A stretch of 62,860 bases of DNA, the filler included, from Asterionella formosa (taxonomy: Eukaryota): NCBI GenBank assembly GCA_002256025.1. It is 24 parts of 24 records of this genome, joined end to end, with 100 filler letters (N's around TTAATTAATTAA, not from the genome) between each part and the next. Parts side by side here need not be neighbours in the genome. Positions count along the whole stretch, not along the records: positions 48,272 to 49,805 come from NKIB01002034.1; positions 49,906 to 51,438 come from NKIB01002036.1; positions 51,539 to 53,071 come from NKIB01002037.1; positions 53,172 to 54,702 come from NKIB01002038.1; positions 54,803 to 56,334 come from NKIB01002039.1; positions 56,435 to 57,966 come from NKIB01002040.1; positions 58,067 to 59,597 come from NKIB01002042.1; positions 59,698 to 61,229 come from NKIB01002043.1; 16 more parts are not named here. One strand, given 5' to 3'. Below are positions 48,272 to 61,329 of this stretch, piece by piece. Below the pieces are notes generated by a model. That model did no database searches, was not told where the DNA came from, and was given only the letters and a program-made list of their open reading frames with translations. Position numbers and translations under genes: made by a program. Position 1 is the first letter of the stretch. The number at the start of each line of letters is the position of its first letter.

Positions 48272-49805
48272 TCGAAAGCGCCTCGACAAGGCAATGCCTT
48301 GCCTCGAAAGAAATTGTCTCCTGAAGAGTTGGTCAGTGTTCAGTTTTGTCTTAACAATGTGATTAGGGAGCTATAAGCTAAGAAGGCTAAGAATGGTGGA
48401 AAAATGCCTCATGGTGCTATTTCTAGGACAGTATCAGCTAAGCAATGCATTTTCCCTTGGATATCTGTTAACCAAGTGAAGAATGAACTAAAACGAAGTG
48501 CTAAACTAGAAGTTAAGTCTAGTACTACTAGTATGTATACTACTTCTGGTTCGTCCCTCTTTCAGCCATCAACTGCAACCATGGTGTCTACATTGACACC
48601 TGACCATTGTGGCCCTACTAAACCCCAACTCTTGAATGCTGATGGCAGCTTTGCCTTGTTATTTCCCAGTAATCTCATTCATAATTCATATAAAATTGTC
48701 GAGGAGGAAGAAGATGACAACAATGAAGGTGTGAGTGAGCATTATGATAGTCAGTTTACAATGATGGGCACTTTGGCATATGAAACTGGAAACAATGGTG
48801 TGCTTACCTGGGGAAGTTTGGAGGCAAATACAAAAACAACGAAAACAAACAAGGAGGACATGAGTAGTACAACTATACAACTGTTGGTGGATGGCCCAAA
48901 GGTGCCACCATTAGCAACAAACCCCAGATGCAAAATGCATTGATTGAAGCAACAGATGAGTACATGAATAAAATGCTAGACAGCAAAAATAACAACAAAC
49001 GTACCTCCAAAGGAACAATTTCTTTGATCATTGATGCTGCCAAGGAAAGGAATGGAATACCTGCAAATTCTGCCACACCAAACAAGAAAGCAATTTATGA
49101 ACAAGGATGGTATCCCCTGAACTATAATGTCTTGCTTCACCCTGAGATTCAACTAGTAACCCAACCACGACACAACAGAACATCAATGCGCCCACAGAGA
49201 CTGCCACTCTCCCTCCTGATGAGTTAAACCTCCAAACTGGCTTTTCTGGAACAATTGTTGGAAGAATTAACAAGTTTTGCAAATGCGAGGATGTGCGAAA
49301 TGGAATCGACCGGGACGCCGCCCAAGCTAGTAGACAGAGAAGGGAGACAGCGGATTCACACATTGAGGGACACAAGAAGAGGATAGCAGCAGGACTTCTG
49401 GCCTCTGCACAAACCTTTACCCTTGGGCCAAATATTCTTGCTGTTACACTGGAACGGAAGCGAATTTCAGACATTGTCATTAGTACAAAAGAAACAAAAA
49501 GGCAACAAGAATTCAATACACTTCGCGGAAAAGTACTTACATTGAAGGAATAGAACAGAACAAAACAAAAGAACAGATGTCTGTGCAAGAATTGAAATTA
49601 ATGGTGCGTTGGTACAAACGATCAGGGGATTTGCCGGTTCCACAAACAAGGCAAGCTCTGATTACAAGATTCGACGATACCAATCACCGTGGTGACCAGC
49701 AGCCGCCATTCCCTCTCCATGCACCTCCTATTGCTGTGGTTGTTGTTACTGCACCTCCTCCTGTTGCTATTCCCTCTCCTTCTACAACTGCTACTGCCGA
49801 TCCAC
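48272..49805 (+). mobile_element. Pogo/DDE_1-type transposase pseudogene with catalytic core deleted
   Basis: NGGKMPHGAIS..FPWI N-terminus; KKAIYEQGWYPLNYNVLLHPEIQ and ELKLMVRWYKRSGD.P.P C-terminal motifs; frameshifts. Confidence 0.6.
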
Positions 49806-50299
49806 NNNNNNNNNNNNNNNNNNNNNNNNNNNNNNNNNNNNNNNNNNNNTTAATTAATTAANNNNNNNNNNNNNNNNNNNNNNNNNNNNNNNNNNNNNNN
49901 NNNNNTATCGCAGAGCAGGGGCGCCACTCATATGGTCAACCCACTCGCGCCACCCAGCCTCGAACACATGTATACTCGCAGGCATGAGACCACCTCGGGC
50001 GTCTATTGCCTTCAGCATGATGCATGTTCAGCCGCATATGTATGGTACCTGGTACTTTGAAGTCTACTGATAAGTATCATATGTACGATGTGCCTGTTTA
50101 TCAACGATAATGAGTGGAATGATGTGCCCGGTACCAGGCACCGGATAATGTATTGCATAAAATGTATACCATATCGGTTTCTTTCCGGCACATTAGGCTG
50201 ATTTCAGTCTCTCTTTGAGGCTCAATTTGAAAACCTTATTGTCACTTTCCTCGGACTTTTTATACATTGTTAAATAGTAATTTTTCTCCTGATTAAAAG

Positions 50300-51438
50300 G
50301 ACTATACATGTTTAAGACAAAGAATTGGAATTTGAACTACAAATATTTAGTGGTGTGTCAGTCACAACATGAAAAACTCTGCAGACACAGATCAGTCTGG
50401 ACTGGAAGGACTCAATGCTGCTTCAATGGAATGATGTAAACAACAATCAACATATCGAAGCATACCCATTGACCATACACAACATGTCCAAGTCATCATT
50501 TTCCAGTCTGCACATGTACTTTGGAGGTGGGAGCTGTCAGAACCACAACCCCTGTCTCGAAAATTTTCTTGCCTCTGGGTAGCTGGAAAACAATGTTGCA
50601 TTTATAGTGAATCTTGACGACCTTCTAGGCGATTCTCTGTCTTCTTCTTTGTAATAATGATTACATTCCAATGCCTCTGCAAAAGCTTGCGAAAACCGAG
50701 CATACTATCAACCTTCTCAATGCAGAAGTGTTAATATGCCAGAATGGCATTTACTTTCGTGACTGAAAGGAGGAGTGCAAATATTCTATTTGGCCACCAT
50801 TGTGTCTTCGCCCATTCCACCTCCAAAATAATTGAGGAATGCCTTGTTGCATTATGATCGTCAACAGCATGCCACAACTTCTAGTGGCGGTAGAGAGCCA
50901 CTGTAGATGTCATCTTTTTATGTTATTCACCATGATCTGCGCAGCACACTTCCCCCTCCACCATTCTCATTCAACCATTTTTTCAATCCAAATGAGTGGT
51001 TACAGGTTTGCCATCTACATCTTGATCAATGATAAACATAATTGAATCATTACAGAGCTCCGAAGGAAAGATTAAATCAAATAACTGGACGGCAGTCGAC
51101 TTCCAATGAACTGGAAATGATGAAAATATTGTATACTCTGCCTTTGATCCATTCAACTGGGCGGTTCCTGTCGCGACTTCCTGACGTATCCCACTCATTG
51201 TCAAACAAATTGTTTGCAACTTCATTGTGGAAAAAACTTTTCAGATGATGGGGCATTGTCTACACCAATATCAAAAAATCTAGCTGGGATGGAAATATCC
51301 TCAGTGTCAAGAACTGCGCCAATAGTACACTTTACAAGTTTGAGAAGCTCTGAACAAGGCATCACTTCACCTTCTGCTGCCTCCTCAAGTAAATAATCGC
51401 CTTCATCATAGTAAAAGGTGTCTGGATCAACATCGGAA
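50300..51438 (-). mobile_element. piggyBac-like transposase pseudogene
   Basis: HAVDDHNATRHSSIILEVEWAKTQWWPNRIFALLLSVTKVNAILAY..FRKLL, followed by a Cys-rich tail; many stops. Confidence 0.7.
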
Positions 51439-51922
51439 NNNNNNNNNNNNNNNNNNNNNNNNNNNNNNNNNNNNNNNNNNNNTTAATTAATTAANNNNNN
51501 NNNNNNNNNNNNNNNNNNNNNNNNNNNNNNNNNNNNNNGTCGTTGCCGTAACAAATCAATAGTTCTGTTTGCAATCATATAAAATGACGAATGTTCCTCT
51601 TCTACATTGTTGATTCGTAATTTCTTATGCAATTTTAAAGATATATCTATATTTCCTTTTCTATTGCATCGTTCGTACAATGATATCTTAGACCGCAAAA
51701 GCGCAGCGACTCCTTTGCCATTTTGATGGAGAAATAGCTGATTATCGACATGGTCAATGTGTTGACGAGTCTCTCAATACCTGGTACCAGGGGCTAGTAG
51801 CATGTACCGCACAGGCTCCGTAAGATGATATGATATTTGTTTTTTATTCCGGTTGTTATTTTTATTTAAGCTACGCATATGCATATTACTGCTCATATAT
51901 ATCTAGATGCTCGTAGCTGGCC

Positions 51923-53071
51923 TGTCACCGTTGACAATCCTTGTTACTCCATGATACATTGTGATCACAAATTAGTGATACAGTGACACTTTTGGAATGA
52001 ATGAAATTCAGTTCAAATCGAGTTACCGTTGCTGATACATTTTCAAAAAAATTCAAATTCCGTGATACATGAAAAAAAATGATAAGAACGGCCCTAAACT
52101 AAATGTTTCCTTTCCATGCATCTTTGCTTCCTGCAAAGTCATTCTAAGACTCTCTTCGAGTTTCCACTTAACATTTCCTTAGAAATCTTCAATCTCTGAT
52201 CTCGTTAGACAGCTGATTGACGTGGCAATGCAATATTCGACTCGTTCGATTACAATCGAGTCCACAATCCTTGTGACTCGGGCTAATATTCTTGACATCC
52301 TCCCCATTGCCACGCTCAAGAGGCTGTAACATCGTTCCACTCTGAACTGGTTCGGACAATCTCGTATGAATCTGTTCCTTCACGTTCTTGGTCATAATGT
52401 CCGCAAAATTATCTTCCGACCTTATAAAAATGACTTCCAATTCTTCATCCTCAATCATGTCCTTTACATGATGATACTTAATATCAATATGTTTTGTCCT
52501 GGTTCCGATTTGCTGATTCTTCGCGATAAAAATAGCTCCTGTATTGTCTTCTCGTAGGATACTTGGTAACATGACCTTACCACCAGTAACCTCATTCAGT
52601 AGCATTGCTATAAACTTGATCTCTTGTCCACACTGGGACATCGCCACATACTCGGCTTCCGTACTGGACAGCGTAACCGTTTGTTGTCCCTTCGACTGCC
52701 AACTGATAAGTGCCCCGCCAATAGTAACAAGATAGCCAGTCGTGCTCTTCCTGTTAACCTTATTAGCAGCCCAGTCACTGTCCACGTAGGCAATGACTCT
52801 TAACTCTTTTGGCTTACGCAACTTGAGAACTCTATCCTCCATATTGGATAGGTAACCAATGACTCTTGCCACTGCATGCCATTGTTCTTCACCTGGGCAA
52901 CTTAAATGAGCCGATAGTTCCCGAACCGCATTCGCACAGTCCGGCGAATCCTTCTTTGTAGACCATAGTAACTTGCCCACAATTTTTCGATATTCTCCTT
53001 CCATAATGACTTCACCGTCATTCTTGTTCAATGTCTTTCCTGGTACACCCGGCGTTGCGTACGACTTAATT
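51923..53071 (-). mobile_element. Copia RT end, RNase H, PPT and 3' LTR (about 51923-52297)
   Basis: YRKIVGKLLW, AYVDSDWA..RKSTTG, LSSTEAEY, EDNTGAI, RTKHIDIKYH, ADIMTKN; GGGGAGGA then TGTCAAG. Confidence 0.93.
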
Positions 53072-54361
53072 NNNNNNNNNNNNNNNNNNNNNNNNNNNNN
53101 NNNNNNNNNNNNNNNTTAATTAATTAANNNNNNNNNNNNNNNNNNNNNNNNNNNNNNNNNNNNNNNNNNNNTCGCGTTCGCGTTCGCGTTGACGTGAATC
53201 TCAGTTACCACCGGTCACCCATTGCGCCGTGCATCGCTTACTTTCATTTCTCGTCATGCTCACACTGGAGAATACCGGCTCAGCAGCCCACTCGCCACTC
53301 GCCGTATTCGTCCTCCAAAAGTCAAAGGTCCCTCCCGAATCTCGCCGGTTCCCACTGAGTCGATGAAGAAAGCAAGAAGCACCCGTGTGTCAACCGTAAC
53401 AACAAAGTATGCCTAGCGGGAGACCGCCATCGAGGTTGGACCTTAGGGAGCCAGCCTTTTTTTCGTAGTTGTGGTGGGGATCGCTCATCACGAGGGATTG
53501 TACGAACAAGCGCGCAATAAGACAAGCGTTAGATGCGATATTTAAAAAAGCATCAAGATTTCGCATGTGGATGGTTTGTTTGTACTTTACATTTTATAGG
53601 TTTTTTATTTATTTTATGAACAAAAGCGCAAAAGTGTACCGGAAATAATATTCTCATTATTATTACCGGTATTATTAGACTACTGATCACGATGATTTGT
53701 GAAGAAGCATTTGAACAGATCGCCCACCATGACGGCACTGTTTTTCTTGCATCGGCACTAAAATACAAATGTCATAGAGCAAGAATGACGACGCAAAGGA
53801 AGGTACCAGTACTGGTAGCAGGTACCTGGTACCAGTACCGCTATGTATATCGCTGCACACAAATTCAATTACCGGTACCTGACCAGGTACCGCGGGTAGG
53901 CTGATACCATGTGCCTGGTATCAGGTACCGGTACCAGGTACCTGGTATAGAATATGATGGTCTATGTGCCAGTAAATAAATACGTGGTACCGTATACTGT
54001 CAATATGTAAACGGTAGAAAGATGTATGTATATGACGTATACATATCGACAAGCAGTCCAAAAATATCATCAGTCATTGCCAATCTGGAGAAGAGACCTA
54101 AAGTTCAATGCCATACCGGTTAGTACAGTATAGATATAGCAGAAATAAAATAGGTGAGCCTATTAGACTGAAGTATTTCGAGCTATTTATCGTACATTGT
54201 CCATATATATCAACTTGAATCGTGGCCGTTTCGATTTGATGTGGTTGCCTCTTGCTTGCCTTGACTCTATTCAATTTTTGCTTTGCCACGGTTTTGCTCA
54301 TAGAATACGACGAACAGTGTTTTATGCCAAACAAATAATGTAAGTTTTCGTCAATTGAATT

Positions 54362-54645
54362 GCTCGTCTCATCTCATCTCATCTCGTCTCGTCTCGTCTC
54401 GTCTCTTCTCGTTCGTTCCTTCCTGCCTGCTTTCGACTCGCTCTACTTCCCTCATCATGGGAAGGAGACGAGAAACTGCAGTTCCAGTTACAGTTCCAAT
54501 TCCAATTCCAATTCCAATTCCAATTCGCTTGCTCACACCAGCCACTTCTTCCATTATCGTCGTTCCATGTCTTTGCGTTTCCGTTTCCGTTTCCGTGCTC
54601 AACAGAAAAGAATAAAATGAATCTACTTTTACTTTTACTTTTCGC
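54362..54645. repeat. Compound microsatellites (ATCTC/GTCTC)n, (CCAATT)n, (CGTTTC)n, (TTTTAC)n
   Basis: Directly visible. Confidence 0.9.
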
Positions 54646-55063
54646 CTTGACCTTTCTAGGAAAGTCAATGTTGTCTTCGCCACGGTATGCCTACTCGAAC
54701 TCNNNNNNNNNNNNNNNNNNNNNNNNNNNNNNNNNNNNNNNNNNNNTTAATTAATTAANNNNNNNNNNNNNNNNNNNNNNNNNNNNNNNNNNNNNNNNNN
54801 NNGGAAGGCCATTTGAGAAGCCAACTTTTCTTCTGTCGATATATTTAGTATCAATTCATTTTTGTTAGACATGACCAGACTATAGTGCAAATGACTGGAT
54901 TTCTTTTCATACCATCTGTCAACTGTTGGCGTCGACTTGTTCTTTGCACGACTTCTTCTGTTGAATAAAGTTTGGGCTCTTCGAAACCCTAGCACACGAA
55001 ATAAAATATTGCATTTGTAGGGTGCTTGAAAAAATCATTTTGGAATTGGGAACCTATTACTAT

Positions 55064-55118
55064 GTACATACATACATACATACATACATACATACATACA
55101 CACATACATGCATACATA
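55064..55118. repeat. (TACA)n microsatellite
   Basis: Directly visible. Confidence 0.9.
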
Positions 55119-58066
55119 CGGTTAAGGTTGCTGCATGTCAACCCTATAAATACATACATATTTATATATTACAAAGGCAAAAATTTAATATTGCATAGGG
55201 TTGCCGAAAATCCCTGGAATCAAGAATTTATATGAGCTATTTTTGAATGACATTATATGAGCTATTTTTGAATGACATGATTCCGTTTGAAATATTCAAA
55301 TCAGTGCATAGATTCCTTTTTGAATAGCTAAATATATACATAGACATTGTTCATCAATGTATGTATATTCACCAACGATTACTTTTCTTAAATACGACCG
55401 GCTTGGCAAATATTTGAAATTGCAATCAACGAGTAGTACCAGGTACCACACGTATGATTTCCAATGATGGTAATCCCCTGGTACCCGGACTGGACTGGTA
55501 CATCCAAAGATATGTTACATGTGTATCCAATGTGGCCGGTGTGGGTTTGCAATTCCTTGCACAATCACATGGTGGGAAGTACCGGTGTTTTGCAAAATAG
55601 GCAATCACTACATCTATAATAGTCCCGAAATTCTACCAAGGTAGTATTTTCTCGTAGGCCTCGGCAGGCTTCTACTGAGGACAGAAAATTCCTCGTAAGG
55701 TATTGGCAAATATTTACATGGTCAGTATGAGGTATGTACCAGCTCAAAATTCTACATTGTAGAATTTTTGGTAGAATTTTTTCCTTCGCTACCTCATCAT
55801 AATAACTAGGTTAGGGTTAACATTGATATTTTCAAGAAAATTCTACCAGCAAGGAAAAGGAGATCAATACCTGTATACCGGGTATGTTCTATCTACCGAT
55901 AATTTCGGTAGTCCATAATTACTTCATTCTTAAAGTTCCTTTAACCCGTCTCAACTGTAATAATCACTGTTAATGATACTCGCCGCTGTTCTATACAAGG
56001 ATGCATGGACGCGAGATTGACACACGAGGATGATGGACTTTCGAATGGTAAGGCAAAAGATGGCAAGCAACACAGTATGCCCTGCTCGCTCACACCTGAT
56101 CCCATCGAACACAACACAGCAACAATCCTGCGGATTCAACAGCACATGGTACATCCGTCACGTGGAAGCATCGCCCTCCAAGCACTGCAAAATGCCGTCA
56201 CCAACCAAAGGTCGGTCGCTTCCGTTGCATTTCAGGCTATGTACCAAACCGTTCACACCGCGGACCAGCCGCCGCAAAACATGGCTGATTCTGGGATTCA
56301 AGACAAGTTGAGGACGGATCTGTTGCTGGGAGTGNNNNNNNNNNNNNNNNNNNNNNNNNNNNNNNNNNNNNNNNNNNNTTAATTAATTAANNNNNNNNNN
56401 NNNNNNNNNNNNNNNNNNNNNNNNNNNNNNNNNNCTCCAGTAGTAACTACCTGGTAGCATACGTACCGGTAGCTGTTGTGGCGGCAACGTCAGACGAGAG
56501 CGCTGGCCTCGTGTGAATCGAGTTTGCTTGACCAACGCTCATCCGTGTGTACGACCAGGAGTACATAGATACATTTCGATGAAGGCATGATTTGTTGTTG
56601 TTTGTCAAAACGCATCCCTCGTCCTAAAATAAGAACATGATTATGACACACCTGTAGCACCGGTTGGTTGTGCAGGTACGATAGTGTACTGTAGTAGGAT
56701 CAGGTCCATCAAAACTGTCGCTCAGCATCGTCCATGGCGCCAAGCAACCCATCCTGCACGCGACAAGGGTTTCTTGTTTGAATGATGCATGAGATTCCAA
56801 AGCTCCTGATGGTCGTGCTGCCTTGTTTGCTCGCGTCAACGTTGGCTGTACCTGGTATCATACTGGTACTAGGGTACCAGGTACTGGTTATCTCATGGTA
56901 CTCCGAGGAGTAATACCGGTAGCTAACCCGGGTAGCCAAGTTGAAGATCCTTCGCTAGGAGTAGAATCACAAGCAAAGCATAAATGCATTGCTCACATTT
57001 TCCACAACCACTTCCAACGAAAAATCCGTACTCGAAGTCTAGTATACCAAATTGTGTGCTAAATGCAATCCACGTACCTAAATATATGCATAACGGCGAT
57101 AGCGTGCTTGACTTGACTCCCGGTTCCCATTGCATTTGACATCACAGAGTATATGTATATAAATTGTATACCAGCATGCTGGTATGTATAAGTAGTTCCC
57201 AGCATGTCCCAGGTACTCGGAGTACCGCAACAGGTGCCTTCAGTCTCTCTACTTCTTGGTCGTGGTGGTGGTCAGCATGAATGCATCGCTCGCTCGGCGT
57301 GATGTGCTACAGGACCCATATGCTCGCGCAAAGCATACCACACTAAACTCTCCGGGCGGAGTATTCCCTGGAGGACCTCGGAGATAGGACCTGGTAAACC
57401 GGTCCAAGTTCCAGGTAGTATGTACTCTACATGGTACCAGTACAAGGGTCCCTACCAGGTGCTGTGTGATCATCATGGGTTTACTCACTTCATAGCGAAC
57501 GCCGTGGTACGTAAAAAACATTGACGATGAGAAAATAGTAAAGCACCAGTTGCTTTATTATTACGTCATTTATACACCGATATTCAGAAAGGAATATTTG
57601 TTGACAGGGCTTAAAGTTATATCCATACATGTATTAAATCAAAACGGCTGCTATCGCTACCGTTTCAGCAACGGTTCAATTTCACCGCCAAAATAGATGC
57701 ACAATAGTGACATTGTATATACATTGATGTAGTTATTTCACGTCATGTCCACCTAAAAATGTGTATATTAAACATTGCTTGATGATTCATTAGTCGCTGG
57801 TAAAAAAATGATAAAAAGTATAAAATTGGTGTTGGGTAGAAAACATTAATATGTAAATGTTTGGAGCATTGCATCTGTGTATGTAGGACAAAATATATAC
57901 CGGTATATATAGTTTTCATTTCGTCCACACTCTCTCGGACCTGTGGGTCAACTGTCTCCTTTTCTTNNNNNNNNNNNNNNNNNNNNNNNNNNNNNNNNNN
58001 NNNNNNNNNNTTAATTAATTAANNNNNNNNNNNNNNNNNNNNNNNNNNNNNNNNNNNNNNNNNNNN

Positions 58067-59536
58067 TTTCATGGGTATCTGGATTGAAACCCAAATATTT
58101 TTGTTGTAATCGGAATTTTCCTTTCAGCACCAAGAAGCAAAATGCTTCTGTACTGGCATTGATCAGCGAACCAACAAAACGTGTTTGCAATTCACACTGT
58201 GCCCGAAGACTGAGTTGAAATTTGGTCACACCAGATTTGTCTCCTGTTAAAAATGGTTCTCCACGGCTTGTCCTGCCTATAAAATACACCGGAGCAAGAA
58301 CATCACGCCAGACTTGGTATCCATGGCTTCCCCTGTCAATGTCCTTTGACTGCGCAAAACGATAAAGCGTCAACGCCCACCTAATAAAGTCATCAATATC
58401 CATAGTCTGGAAGTTATATTCCGTTAAACCAGCTGGTGTGTCATGAATTATGGCAGCAAACATATTTGATAAGAATATAATCACCAAATCAAAACATCAT
58501 GCTCGGTGTTTTGATCTCCCTGCAAATTACCTAAGATTCCTTTAAATTGATTATTCAATACATTCTGACATTCTCTTAACTTTTTAATGCACATGCCACC
58601 AAATGTTGATTTGATGTAATCTAAACGTGCCTTGTTGGTACGTTCAATGGTCTGATTCATTGGAAGTAGTGCATCAGAACCATTCCATATGAAATCGGCA
58701 AGCTCTGGGTCACTCTCCACTTCTTTGCCTGACTCCGGTTTCACTGTGTATAGCCGAGTTAGGCAAGCAACATTCGGCAAACCAATCCTGTTTGTGATTG
58801 GAAATGCCTTTTTCATACTACTTGGACCAGATAGGGCGGGATGTTTGATTCTCTTTTGGGAACAGAAAAAAGCACATTTGATTGATATTCTGTTTTACTA
58901 TACTACCTGCAATTCACAAACTATAACATCAAACTTACATGTTCTTGGTCTTGAATATAAAACTCACAACCTTTGTGACAATTGATGGATTGGTTCAATT
59001 TTAGCTAAGCGAGAACGACGTTCTGATAAGGCTGCTGAAATTGAAGAGTCTTGATAACCTCGTATGGACGAGTTTTGAACCGAATTACGACCTTTGTAGT
59101 GATTGAGTTCATTGACCAATTGATAATATCCTTTGGCAAGTACAAAATGTTTTTCCCTCAGGTTGTCATGTACTTGTTGGTCTGTGCGATTAGAAAATTT
59201 ATGATATGGTACCATGTCATCCATCTGCATCCGGGAGTTATTAATGTCATCATCGACAGGAGCCATTTTTCTTGTATCAACAACTGAAGTAGAAACGTCA
59301 TCATTGCTGTCAGTATCAATTACGGGATCCTTTGTACTAGTAGCTGATGGTGTCCCCATCGACGATGGGGTATTACCTCCAACATCTCCCAATCGCCGAT
59401 TGGGTTGCTTTGGATAATCGCCTATTCGCTTTTTCTTTGTAAACTCATTTTGGAACTTGCTTCTTTGTTCAATACCGGCAGTATTTGCCACATGTCGCTT
59501 GTTTCCATGAACCTCTTTATGGTTTCTTGAAGACAT
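58067..59536 (-). pseudogene. Repeated orphan gene ORF-X (about 470 codons visible), frameshifted, probable intron 58967-58907
   Basis: Consecutive ORFs 58964-59536, 58481-58816 and 58011-58487; a GTGAGT...TGCAG intron is also seen in the 6040-6115 copy; three copies in the window. Confidence 0.7.
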
Positions 59537-59697
59537 TGTACTACTTGATAACTGTTGTCGTTGTCTTCCTTAAAGTTCGATGATCTTAAAATCATTTNNN
59601 NNNNNNNNNNNNNNNNNNNNNNNNNNNNNNNNNNNNNNNNNTTAATTAATTAANNNNNNNNNNNNNNNNNNNNNNNNNNNNNNNNNNNNNNNNNNNN

Positions 59698-59999
59698 TCG
59701 CTTGTATTTTCTTCATCTTCTTTTTGATCAATGTCATATATATTGGTATGATCGCCAAAATGTAGTGTTTGAACATGACAAATTTTGGCCCTTTTCTTTA
59801 ATGACGACGAAAAGTCATCAGCAGCTGATGGTGGAGATTGATGAAGTCCATCATATTCTTCCTGACCGTCGTCTGGACCAGTTTCTGGTTTACGAAACAA
59901 CTCAGCAGCTGTTTCGCATTCGGGGCTATGTGCGTAATGACGGTGATGGGAAACAAATGGAACCTTACCACATATCAAACAGCAATCGTCGTTGTTCAT
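59698..59999 (-). CDS. N-terminal zinc-finger-like start of a probable Plavaka-type transposase (partial)
   Basis: MNNDDCCLICGK....HHRHYAHSPEC (C-x2-C...H...C) followed by an acidic linker; assignment is tentative. Confidence 0.4.
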
Positions 60000-61329
60000 G
60001 GTGATAAAACACGATTAAATAGCGATTATGTACCGATATTTGTTTAATAGAAAGAGACAACGGCCGATATAGATATTTGATCCATCATTTGTAAAGCCAC
60101 AAAATAAATTATCTCATTCAATTTGATTTAACACAGCTATACATCCAATGCTACTTTCACTAAGGCCAGCCACTTGCTAGAGATATGACTGTTTACTATT
60201 TGAAGTATCTCGGAAATACCTCTCATTTTCGACTGACTACAACGATATTCGATGAACACTAACATAGTACCGGTTTGCGACTCCTTTTTCTATAGAACTA
60301 CGGGTGCCAGTATATATAAAACATATCTACCTACGTTTCTTTTGATATAATTTTTCAACCGAATTTCATTTGATAAAATAATCATTGTAGACAAATTGTA
60401 GCCTTTCCGAAAAGAAATAGCTTTGGTTGCAGCTCTTATTTTCTACTCAGGCTGACTACAATGACATGATCATCAGATGAACGCGAATACATGCAACAGC
60501 TATTTCTGTGTAAAAAAATTCGCACATTCGATAGATTTGCTACAGCTAGATATTTTCCTTGTTGGAGTCTTCCTCGTAGCGGTAGTTTTGCTTATAGACG
60601 CTCCGAAAAGGTGGGAAAAATAGTTGAATTAATTCAGACATCCTATGTAGTGCAATCTAGCGGCATTACTGTTACTAACCTTTTGCGAATCACAACGTTG
60701 AAAATCGTGACGATTCACCATCTTCGTCAGATTTTCGTGAGGTCTGCATTGCTCGCCAAAAAGTATACTGACAAAGCATAGACTGCGCGCCAGCTTTTTG
60801 TTATGTAGAATGTACACATGGCTAGTATAAAGCAAAGGTATAGGAGGAGGACCGTCCGCGCCAGGTTTCTTTGAATGGAAAACAGCTACTGGCTAGAATG
60901 TGGTGAAGGAACAAATTATCACTTTCGTGGTAACATGCATTATGCATTGTGGTTGTTTCTATTGTTGTCGTTGTCATTGACGTTGTCGCTATCTGTTGTT
61001 TCTGCTGTTATCCCTTTGGATCTTATTGTTGGAAACATGGAGCTGGCTGGTGGTGCATCGTGGTTACTGTGGCTGTATACCCTTCTCTTGCTTGTTCTTT
61101 GTCCTCCGTTTGAACTGAATATGAATTGTTTGTTAAGAAATGGAAAAAGGTCTTATGTGAGTTTAAACAGCTATGACGTTACTCTGTGAGTCATGTTCTT
61201 CGCTTCCAGAAAAGCAACGAGGACTCAGTNNNNNNNNNNNNNNNNNNNNNNNNNNNNNNNNNNNNNNNNNNNNTTAATTAATTAANNNNNNNNNNNNNNN
61301 NNNNNNNNNNNNNNNNNNNNNNNNNNNNN

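Noticed and set aside
54355..54683. Overlapping low-complexity ORFs
   Set aside because: Produced by microsatellites.
56005..56334. Partial ORF MDARLTHEDD...
   Set aside because: Plausibly coding but truncated by the contig end, with no recognisable motif; cannot be called.
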